Below are positions 53,150-64,000 of a stretch of 64,000 nt of DNA, one piece after another; within the stretch, counting starts at the first letter, position 1; each line of letters opens with the position of its first letter. The notes beneath the pieces were generated by a model. It did not search any database, was not told the origin of the DNA, and saw only the letters and a program-made list of their open reading frames with translations. A program made the translations under genes and the position numbers. The stretch is from Octopus sinensis (taxonomy: Eukaryota), in assembly GCF_006345805.1 (NCBI RefSeq), contig NC_043012.1, forward strand, positions 51,398,001 through 51,462,000, written 5' to 3'.

Positions 53150-56100
53150 TGTGCACGTGTGTACACGTCCCACAGTATCAGCATATATCACATTTTAAAA
53201 ATACGAGCATTCACCTATTTACTTTCCGTTAATTACGAATTCATGTCTTTGAAATTTCAAAATTTTATTGAATTCTCTCACTCTGTTATTTCCAATCGTG
53301 TTTCACTTATACTCACGGTTTGGTATATCATGCAGCAGTTTAAGCTTTAAATCTGGCTGACCTCTTTCAGACGGTAAAAGACGAACAAATAGTGTATTGT
53401 ATTAATTTGAAATCCTTCCAAATTGTATCCGGAGAGCATGTCAGCAGTGCCAAGTAAGCTAATATTTTCCTTACCATTATCACAGCCAAGTTTATGTGAT
53501 TGAAGACTACTTTTATCCATCTCTCAAGTTTTCTAACCTATTTTTTTTATATTTGTATGCATCAATTCTTTAGTTGCATTTCCCATCAAGTATACAGTTG
53601 TTTATTGTTTAAAAAAACAAAAACATTTCCATGATTTACTCATCGATGTACAAGTGGACGAAATCTAGACATACTGAAATATTGATGCATAGTATAAATC
53701 TTAGGGTACTCTGTAGAATGTACTTGATATTTTGCACTATAAAAGTTATGTGAATTGTAAAAACAAAAAATAGTTTAAGATTAAAAGCAAGAATGAATCG
53801 ATTATACTCGTGATGCACTTCTTGGTATTGAGCATTTTGTATTGAATCTGATGAAGAATGGCTTCGTTCGTCACAGGATTCCATCGAAACTGACCACCCA
53901 TTCACACATTTTGTGACGTAAGGTGTTGATAATAAAGGGGCGCTCATAACGTGACACAGAACATTTGTCTCAAAAGAGGTTTTCGCAAAAAAGAGATGTT
54001 CTGCTAATAAACAGCGGTAAATTATACGCAGGCACAATATATCATACACACACACGCACGCACACACATACATATACACATAAACACACACACCCGCAAC
54101 CCCACACATACACGCACTCATAACCCCATACACACACACACACACTCACAAACACACACACTCACAAACCTACATACACACACACACAAACACACACTCA
54201 TAGACGTGTATCTGTCTTCTTCCTTGTTAATGTGTACCTAATACTGCGCATGGGATAGCGATGAACAAGGTACAACGAAATGCGTCTGCAATCCTTGCCG
54301 CCAACAACCATTGAGTTGTGTTTCTACGATGGTGGCACTTGCAGCATTTTATATGTTTACCTTTCTCCATGCTGACCCCATGCTCTAACCAATATAGAAT
54401 ACTTGCTTGTAAATTATCGAACAAGACGACCTGATACATACATTGGTAAGATTGCCAAGTTTAATGGAATCCATTGCTCAGCAAACTGTCTCTGGAATCA
54501 AATCGGTGGTTCACCTCCACCAAAACATTGTGAAGGTGATTTCGTAATTGACGGAGTATGGCAGAGACGATGGATTATCACAAAGTAATTCTACTTATAA
54601 TGCCTCTATTTTTCTAGACAGATTTTCCCACTCATCTAACATCCTTTAAAATAACTGCAAGATTTAGTGTGGCATTGCAATTAACATATTCGGAGGAACT
54701 GCTAACGCATTCCCTTTCTCCGTAGGTTTCGAAAATCAACATTTAGTTGCTGTATTGTCACTCGTGAAATTAACAAAATAGGAATTTAAGCTATCTGGAA
54801 AAACGAGTACGTTTGCTAATGAATCAGCATGAAAGATTGAGAACGCTATGGGACTTCGAATTAAGCTTAGAATCCAGTGACAGAAAGTTGAGAGAGAAAT
54901 AGACGCGACATTGATGATGATACTGCAATGGTGTTAGGGTCATTGACCCTGTAAGGAAGAAATGCAATGCAGAATTTTGGGGCATTTGAACATGGACCGC
55001 AGGAAGTTAGAACAAATAGTTGAGAAATTAACGTTCATATCCCCACCGTCAGAGGAAGCTGATGTTAGATTATGTCGATTATTAAGGAGCATAAACAGTA
55101 TAAAGGGCTTTAATGTGATACACCATGACTGGAGAAATACGAACTACTGAAGCAAGTAATTTAGTAAAATATTAAGTCCATAGTGCATTCAATCGATATG
55201 GTACACCTTTATTCAAATTTAGAATAAAGGATAAAATTCAATGCACTTCCAAATATTTTGAAAATTTGATTTCTGTCAACTATAATATATTTCTCGTCTG
55301 GAGAGATTTCGTATTCAGTACGAACACAAACCATTTAAAATTTACATTTATTTTACAAAAATTAGTTGCGTCAGTGAGTCGCTACTCTTAATACTATGTT
55401 ATTAAATACGTGGGGATGATTACCATAACTTGCAAAAAGTACATTTTATTTAGAAAATAGGAATGCTGTATACATAAACAGAATGATTTCATTGATGACA
55501 ACTTAGGAAATTTGAAGTATTATCATGAATGGCTTTATATATTTTATTAACTCAACGGTAGACTTCAATTAATATTTGATTACTCAATGATGTGTGAGTT
55601 AATGTTTTTAAAATATATATCGTAAATGTGCATTGTTACCAACCTAACAAATAATAAGAAAAAAAAACGTTCATTTTATTAATATAATATTGGGTGAAAT
55701 TAGATTTTGTTTAGTATTGAATAGTGCAATATATGAGAATAATCAACAAACGATGTCCTCAGTATCTGTATATCAATTCGGGAAATATATTCATTCTACA
55801 ATGGACGTAATTGTAATAATGTTCTGACAAATAATAGCTGCATTACGTCAATTCATTTATTCATTTTTTAATGACAGTACTCCCGTAATAAATACATCGA
55901 ACAATTGGTTAACACAAGAGCAACAATCATAACTGAAATTAGTATTATAATAAGTGAATTTGTATGCGGCCTAGGTAAAACCATGGAAGTGATAAACACA
56001 ATAGATTTGTTGAAATCCATCTAAGCCGAACTCTGATGGTTTGTTTGAAGTTTCCAGGAGTTATAACCCACGTAAAAATTGGAAAATATTTTCTTATACC

Positions 56101-56734
56101 ACAATAAGTCCCAGTGTTTCTCTCTCACTCTCTCTCTCACTCTCTCTCTCTCTCTCTCTCTCCCTCCCTCTTTTCATGCATATGCACGTATACACTCACA
56201 CGCATAAACACTTCTCTCTCTCTCTCGCAATTTTACTATTTTTACCTGCCCTATTCTATGTGATGTGTACACTATACATATGTCTATAGGTATATAACTT
56301 AAGTATGCATGCATGTATGCATGTATGTAAGCATGTATGTAAGTGTATGTATATATGTATGTATATGTGTATGTGTGCATGCATGCATGTATATGTATAT
56401 AACGTTTTCCAAAAACACATTGATCAGAAAACAAGGTTATAGTTGGAAGTAATTATAAGAAATAATAGTCGTGAAAGCAGATCACCAGTTATCTGTTGTC
56501 TATATTTCATTTCTTTTCCCAATGCAATCGTTCTTTTGTTTTATTTGCAATAATAAATTCATAAGTACATTAGCATTTTCAACTGTTGCCTATTTCAAAT
56601 TGCTTACTTTTAAATCTTTTTCTCAATGTCGTGTCCCTATAGTAATCTTGAGAGCTGATAATATCAGGTCAATCCATAAGTAATGTTGCATTTTGTAGTA
56701 GGTTTTGAAGAAATAAAAAGGCAAGTAAGGTACC

Positions 56735-57735
56735 AATGTAATCAACTATATATTCCCCATCTGAATCAATAACATTATTCTTGTAAAATTATTTTATTTA
56801 TGCCATTCCTTTAAAAATCAGCTAGTTTAGAAGAGAAAAACATATTGAAGGTCCATTTCAAGTGTCTCTAGGGGATTGCATTCTTTTTCAAGAATAAACT
56901 TTGCAATTTTTGGAATAAATAATTATCCGAAGAAGCAAGGTCAGGAGAATAGAGAGCATGTGGAAGTCATACCCAATCTAGTTCCTCAATCACCTCACAT
57001 ATTAAACTTGCCTTATGAGGTCTGGCATTGTTATGATGAAAAATGACACCCTTTCAATTCACTAGAGAGCTCCTTTTTTCTGTTAGTTTTACGTTCAATC
57101 TATCAGTTTTACCACAGTACATTTGAGCTGTAATTGTCTGGTTTTGTGGTAAGATTTCAACATTACTTACACGTTACATGTCCAACCAAACGCTTAGCAA
57201 AACTTTCCGAAGGTGAAGAATTTGTTTTGGATGGTGTCTGGCTTGCTCTCCTGGTTAAACCCATTGACGTCGGTGTTTAACATTCTTATAACGTATCCAT
57301 TTTCCTCTACCTGTAACTAGGCAGATCAAAGATGGATATTTTTCTCACGTGAATAAAGAGTAATGTAGATATTGACAGGTTCTCTTCGATTGTTTTTATT
57401 CTGTTCATATGGAACCCACCTGCCATGCTTAGACACAATTCCAAGTTCTTGCGAATTGCGATGGACCGTTGATGACGATAAATTAACTTTTTTTCTGCTA
57501 TGCCTTCAATAGTTGCATATGAATTTCTACTGCTAGCGACTTTCAACACATCATTATCAAAAGACACAGGGCACCCAGAGCGACGGATTTCTACAAGCTA
57601 AAAAGTCCACATGCCGAAGTTTATGGAACCATTGTTAGCACTTCCGAATATTCAATGCATTTGTTGCATTGTTGCTTGTTTTGTACTCGTAACACATGAC
57701 GAGCTTAATGTGTTTTTTGCAACATCCATTTTCAT
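56735..57735 (-). pseudogene. Near full-length pseudogenised mariner transposase
   Basis: MDVAKKHI..MCYEYK, RRSGCPVSFDND, EKWIRYKNVKHRRQW, HHNNARPH, LPHALYSPDLASSDNYLF, VIDSDGEY with stops and frameshifts. Confidence 0.85.
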
Positions 57736-58519
57736 GAGAGATTAAACCAACAAATTATTATTTGCGTGTCTACACGTCAGAATCTCTCTAACTGAATATT
57801 CTCTTACTCTCTTGTATTTATGCACCCTTAAAAATCATCTTGCTTAAGCGTGGGAAGGCATGTTTCAACAAGTACGCTCTGAAAAAAAAAATGACCTATG
57901 GGATGACCTGATATTAGTGTTTATTACGCATAAGAATAGGTGTTCGTGTATGCATGCGTGTGTGCAGGTGCGTGTCTCAGTGTGTGTATGTGTACGCGTG
58001 TGTGTGTGCGTGTGTGCATGTGTGTGCGTTGTGTGTATGTAGGTGGAGTTTAATTGTAGCTGTTTCTACAATTATTTTATCCTTACACTTGTCCGATAAC
58101 GTGGTTAGTTAGGCCACTTGTTATTTATTCTAAATACAGTTACAATCAGTTTTCTGAACATATACAAATTCAGTAATCAATATTACGGCGTCCGTGGGTT
58201 CTTCTTCACTGTAATCTCCACAATGTACTGCAATATTTTCACCTATGCTACTCGTCATTTTGCCAACCTATGCTGTGGTGTTATTCATATAGTGCCTCTA
58301 AGGCACCATTAAAAAAGGTACTTTTATGCTATTTGTGGATGATTATTCATATATTTCAGTCGTTAAATGTGTTATATTATGTTAGATATTAGAAAGTGAA
58401 TAGTTATGGCCGATCGTAGAGCGATCATTGGTTTAACAAAGTAGCTGACTCGTCAGACACAAATGTCTGTCGAGTCGCCTATAGTTCTAAGCAAATTATC
58501 ACTCTATGACCGGCCACAA

Positions 58520-58735
<216 letters not shown>

Positions 58736-58819
58736 ACATACTTGGAAATGGATGCGTTGCGTTAATTAAATAATATATATATATATATATATCTATATAT
58801 ATATATATATATATATATG

Positions 58820-59385
58820 CATAATGGGTACAGGGCGCCACCAACGGTAAACAACTTGAAATACGAAAACAAATACGCAAAGAACGAGAGAAAAACGGAA
58901 AACTAATACAAAAAATGACCCTTCAACAGTTGTCTTTCTACTTCCGATTTCGAGCACACAACGAGAATATAAGTCATCGAAGACACTTGCTCCCATGAAT
59001 ACCAAAATAAAATTTTGGATTTATGGAAGGTCAAAGTTCGAAACAAAAACAGGACAGTGGAGACATACAGGGAAACCGAACGAAAAGAAACATGGAGGGT
59101 CCTTAGACCTGAACGAGAGGGAAATAGTGAACGGTGATTGAGAAATATTTTCTTTGAAAAGAGAAACGATACAAACGAGAGATAGGAAAATATGTTACGG
59201 AACAGTCCGTATTTTACCAAGACATATAGTATTATAATCAGAAGAAATACAGGTCCACCGTCGGATTCTCCTAAATCATCTGTTAAGTATTCCACCCGTG
59301 TGGGATTCATGGTAGATGGGTTGAATAAATTGTAGTGACTAATAAAAATTCTAGTATCTTCCATCTTCCATCTCTCAATAATCAT
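58820..59385 (-). mobile_element. PLE-like repeat 3' terminal segment, bounded by (TA)n on both sides
   Basis: Homologous to 31800-32395; ends GGCGCCCTGTACCCATTATGC(AT)n; degenerate hammerhead-like topology at 58931-58985. Confidence 0.55.
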
Positions 59386-59390
59386 GTATG

Positions 59391-59466
<76 letters not shown>

Positions 59467-59994
59467 AACAGAAACTTAACATCTTCTGAGCAATAACTAA
59501 CGCGCATTTCATTTCAAAGATCCTATATAGTTATCGCTTACCATATGTTACATCTTTTCACTGGATATACCTGCGGGTCTAAGTTGCATTTGAACTCAGA
59601 AAGTAAAGACAGGGAAAATGCCGCTAAGCATAATGCCCGGCGTGCTAAAGATTCTGGCAGCTCACCGAATGTATATGTATATATTGAATAAATTAGCATA
59701 CACTATCGACGTAATCCCATCACAGATTTTTACACGTAGGAAATAATGAGATGGAGTTTCAAATTCTATTATTTCTATGATTATATTATGCTTAGCTAGT
59801 TGTAGAACAATTGCATTAATGCTATCAGTTCTTCAGGCATACATTATTGGGTCATGTTACATATTATTGAGTGTACAGTAAATCTAATAGTTGACAGTTT
59901 TACATTTTTTATGGTATATTTTATGAATGTGGAAGTCACCTGGCGATACAGATGTAAGTGAATCAACATTAACTATATTTATGCAAAGTGTAGT

Positions 59995-60285
59995 TGTGTG
60001 GCTTCAGGCTTAGAGTATTCGGCTGTTGTGAGTTTGATTCCCGTTGGCGCTTTTTGTCGTAAATTTTGTTTTGATCCAGTCCACTCAGCTGGAAAAAAAA
60101 TCATTAGTATCTGTAATCCAAAGGATCAGCCTTGTCACATTATGTGTGACACGGAATCGCCCTGAAAACTACGTTAAGGATACGCATCTCTGTAGAATGC
60201 AAAACCATTTTCACGTTAATTTTACGAGTAGGCTGTTGTGTTGATCGGATCAGGTTGAACCTTAGTTGTCGTGACCAACAAAGTG
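59995..60285 (+). mobile_element. SINE-like repeat with tRNA-like head and CCAGTCCACTCAGCTG motif
   Basis: GTGAGTTTGATTCCCG B-box-like motif; body resembles Deu/Nin-type central domain from memory. Confidence 0.5.
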
Positions 60286-60826
60286 CTATTTATTTACACA
60301 AGGATCATTAAATATGTTACAAATTTAAAACACAGACTACATTTTAAAATAAAATCATTAGCAGAATAAAGAGATTTCAATCTAATATGTTTTACTATAC
60401 ATTCAAAAGCTTTCTGTATCTCTAAGAATTACTTGCAAGTCTTTGTAAAGAGATTTTGTAGCTTCACACGATGTCTCAGTTTTCCGAATTTGTCAGCTCA
60501 AAAATTCAAAAAGCAGTACGCATTCCCCATTTCTCAGTCTCTCATGTGTCACCCTGAAGTTGTTTCAATGTTTATGTATACAGCATTTTTCTTTTCGAAG
60601 CGAATCGCACTTTTTACAAGTTATGGCAATCACGTACACACTCGCGCGCGTCCACACATGCTCACATTTTCTCTCTTTCTCCCTCCCTCCTTCTCTCCCT
60701 CTCTCCCGCACATTCTCTCTCCCTTCCTCTAATGATTTTCATTTGAGTACCATATTAAAACTTTCAGACATATTTTACTCATAGATATTGAAACATGCAC
60801 TGTGTGTCCCTTCTCTTACATCGTAG

Positions 60827-60888
60827 GTCAACCTCATAACAATCCTAATCTGCAACAGCAATCTCATTGTTGTCGGCGGATCAAAAAA
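60827..60888 (+). CDS. Candidate short exon (GQPHNNPNLQQQSHCCRRIKK in phase 1, or VNLITILICNSNLIVVGGSK in phase 0)
   Basis: Pyrimidine-rich acceptor CCCTTCTCTTACATCGTAG| and donor AA|GTAAGT; no homolog recognised. Confidence 0.25.
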
Positions 60889-61323
60889 GTAAGTGACCTA
60901 TCCTGCACTTGACCAGTGTGATCAGTGAGTGGCAAATGTTCTTAGGATATATATATATTTCAATGCAAAATTTTTTGAGCAGTTGTTTATATATAATTTG
61001 TAGTATTTCAAGATGAAATGAGTTAACAATCGATATTGGTCTTTGTGCTGTGGGCAATGTCCTATTCAACATTTATCAAACCCATTCTCAGAGACACATT
61101 CAGAATTAACTGCTATCGATATGGTCACGTTTTTGACGATATTACGCTTCATTTCGAAAACAAGAGATAACACCATTAAGCTAATATTCATTCACTCGTG
61201 CTTGAACGAAAGATTCTCCTTTATTGCTCAATAAATTGAAACGCAGCTCAAGTGATCTCTCAGTCTAGAATCAAATTATATATATATGTATGTGTATGAG
61301 TGAATGTTTGTGTGTATATATGC

Positions 61324-61360
<37 letters not shown>

Positions 61361-62467
61361 GTATAAATTCATGCATATATATTTATATACATGCATATAT
61401 ATATATATGCATGAATATATATATGTATATATATATGTATGTACATATATATGTTTATACATATGTATATATATATGTGTGTTTGTGTGTGTGTGCGTGT
61501 CTGTGTAAATTTTTCTGCTACCAAATAGCATATCGTATTATATTATAAAACCAAAATATAATAAAAAGAATCTAGAATTGACATAGTTATGCTCCAAAAT
61601 ATATTCATCGGACTGACAACTAGAATTAATTCCGATATCAGTTAACAATGTTTTAAATTTATCATCGGGATATATTTCCAGAATATATGGCGCCATACAT
61701 TTTAAAATAAACCTTTCCGTCGTAAATTATGATCTTGCACTTATAATTATGAACTGTTATTAATTAATTTGGCCTTTTACACCGAAGGGAAGTTCTTGCT
61801 TTTCAATTTAATATATCGTCTAAAGATTAGTGGGCCATCTGTGATATCATTTAGTTCAATATTGTAGATTTCTATTCAAACGATAGACAATGATCTTTAC
61901 TTTGGCTATCTTGTATATTATATAGTTTAAATAATTATTATTGTATTAAAGGTCTGCATACATATGTCATAGTCCAACTATGAATTTATAGTGTTGAAGA
62001 ATCACGTAAGAGTCTGAAAATCTTTTGTATTTCCGAATGCCATGCACTCTGTCATATTTAATCACGTAACAAAATATATATATTTATTATTCGTAAAGTT
62101 TTTAGCACAGTTCAGCAAGAATTTTGCGTGTTCATATAACATAAGGGAATAATACTTGTCAGCTATATTGCATTCTTTTATTCTTTTATCGATGGAGATC
62201 ATTGCATAGCAGCTATCTTGGGGCACAAGCTTGTATCATACTAGAACAGAATAAGTAACCGTGTTATTTCTTTTAATTTGGAATATTTTATAGACGTGTA
62301 TTAATTGCAAGCCTAATATATATTTGTAATGGACTGAGGCGCATTTCAAAAAGCCTAACAACTTACCCAACGATAGACACGCATAAAATAATGCTGAAAT
62401 TCGTGCTATATAATATAGTTCTATATTTACGAGATGAGAAATTATGTACATTATTTACATTATATAC

Positions 62468-62600
62468 GGGCATATGGCTTAGTGTTTAAGAGTGCGGGCT
62501 ACTATCCCCAAGATTCCGAGATTGATTCAAGGTAGTGACCTGAATAATAATAACAACAACAACAACAACAACAAGAATAATAATAATAATAATAATAATG
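62468..62600 (+). mobile_element. Short tRNA-derived SINE head with (AAT/AAC)n tract
   Basis: GGCATATGGCTTAGTGTTTAAGAGTG A-box-like, GAGATTGATTC B-box-like, then AATAATAAC repeats. Confidence 0.7.
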
Positions 62601-62798
62601 ATAGAGAAATAAATAGAAGAGTGCCATAGTTATCATGTGAAATTAGTTGAACGATATTTCGGCATCTAGCGTGCCTTACACAAGTTCAGAAATTACATGT
62701 CGGTCTACTTCATTCGTTTTTTGTTATGATTATATGGACTGAGGTGACTCCTCCAGAAATGATATAGGAAAGAGAACCCAGGTTTGAAATTTCCCCAA

Positions 62799-62844
62799 CA
62801 CACCTGATGAAGGCTGGAAGGTATATCAGCCGAAAAGTTGTTTT
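62799..62844 (+). ncRNA. Decayed minimal type I hammerhead motif in a PLE-like tail
   Basis: CACAC CTGATGA A GGCTG-GAAGGTATAT-CAGCC GAAA AGTT GTTTT: core and 5-bp helix II intact; helices I and III mismatched. Confidence 0.55.
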
Positions 62845-63184
62845 AACAACAAACGAGATGAGGACAAATATCTGTCAAATGTAAATAATGTAAATAATGT
62901 GTGTACTACATATTTTTACTTCTAACAGAAAATTTCCTTGTGTATTTTAGTACCTAAAATGCACACAAATTTTCTGTATTCTCTATAAGTTTAAAGGTAA
63001 ATGAAAAAGTATATTATAATTTCATTGTTTGGGGATTTATTCTTGGAAACGTTACATTTTTCTTTTTAATCTGAAAATTACTGCTGGTATATGTTCCGTA
63101 ATCTATTGGACGGAAATAATAGAGTTTCAGGTGTATATCTTCTTCAAATTAAAAAAAATGCAGTAGTTTAGAGAAGAATTCAGG

Positions 63185-63720
63185 TCTAGTGAGCGATTTA
63201 TCTACAAATTTCTGGGTTATTTTAGTAATATTGAATTACTTTGACTTCCAAAATACTATTGTTGCATCACTACTGTCGGGAGGAAGAGTTTCTTTCAGAT
63301 GCATACGAGTGGAAAATATCAAGAATTATCAGGTCTTCTTGCTTGTCAGTATACGCTGGATATGCTGTCAGTTTGTTCATTTTCATTCACAAACGTTTTT
63401 ATAGCATTTCATGATTGGGTACGACCCCTTGACATGCTTCCATCAGATTATCTAAACAGCCATTGAGAATTTGAGACGTTTCTTCGACCGTTTCTGGAAT
63501 TTTATTTTTGCAATAAATATTTCTATTTCCACTTGAGATACGACGGCAGCATGTGCGCGGCCGTTGATATATTAGGCTGTTTTTCGAGTTTTTTGCATGG
63601 ATTCCCGCTGTGCATTGCCTCTCTTTTCCAAACTTCTAAAACATATGTGATCTGAGAGGCTCATACATTCTCGAAAAATATATATCCATCACTAAAATAT
63701 TTACCGTTTTCCATGGTGTG
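63185..63720 (-). mobile_element. FLYWCH/MULE-type transposase N-terminal remnant
   Basis: GKYFSDGYIF, KERQCTAGIHAKN, NGRAHAAVVSQVEIEIFIAKIK...SQILNGCLDNLMEACQGVVPNHEML, LIILDIFHSYASERN..PDSSDATIVF resemble invertebrate FLYWCH-MULE proteins. Confidence 0.5.
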
Positions 63721-64000
63721 ATGGAATCATTACAAAATGGGTTTGAAACGAGATATAAATAAGTAGTTAACAGTACACATTCTCAGATCGAATGCCTTGT
63801 TGACACCTTCATCTCCAATATTAGTATTTAGTCTGTGCATATCTGCACACACACACACACACACACATACATACATACATACACACACACAAACACACAC
63901 ACATGTATGTGGGTTAGTATGAATGTATATACATATATATACGTCTTCTCTAATTGCATATATACACACACATATGCACTCACATGCGTTTCTATACACA

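Noticed and set aside
53845-53930. CTGATGA...GAAAC...GTA pattern
   Set aside because: No helix I complement and weak helix III; likely chance
53636-54145. 169-aa minus ORF with a protein-like middle (MESCDERSHSSSDSIQNAQYQEVHHEY)
   Set aside because: Begins in a microsatellite, has no convincing splice donor and no recognisable family

Overview
AT-rich, microsatellite-dense eukaryotic DNA, apparently intronic or intergenic. The SINE/LINE repertoire resembles Octopus-type cephalopod repeats (recognised from memory, not by a search). No host protein-coding gene could be established. Most long ORFs in the track are (TA)n/(CA)n read-throughs, the rest fall in repeats or decayed elements, and only two isolated candidate exons have good splice signals. 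The window holds many tRNA-headed SINEs, three decayed mariner transposons, a probable FLYWCH-MULE remnant, RTE and R4/Dong-type LINE 3' ends, several MITE/foldback elements and several Penelope-like (PLE) fragments. The most striking structure is a 5.2-kb zero-spacer palindrome (26046-31256). It is made of two head-to-head 3' ends of a Penelope-like element. Each arm starts at the apex with a PLE-like ORF C-terminus and ends in a type I hammerhead ribozyme motif next to a (TA)n tract; the left copy has an intact core. Other notable items are an unidentified 355-bp tandem unit with an inverted copy, a ~1-kb diverged foldback, and a TTAGGG-bearing MITE flanked by an 18-bp direct repeat. Part of the window (~29.3-31.8 kb) shows an indel-rich, low-quality consensus, so artefact explanations need testing. 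Many repeat boundaries are approximate.
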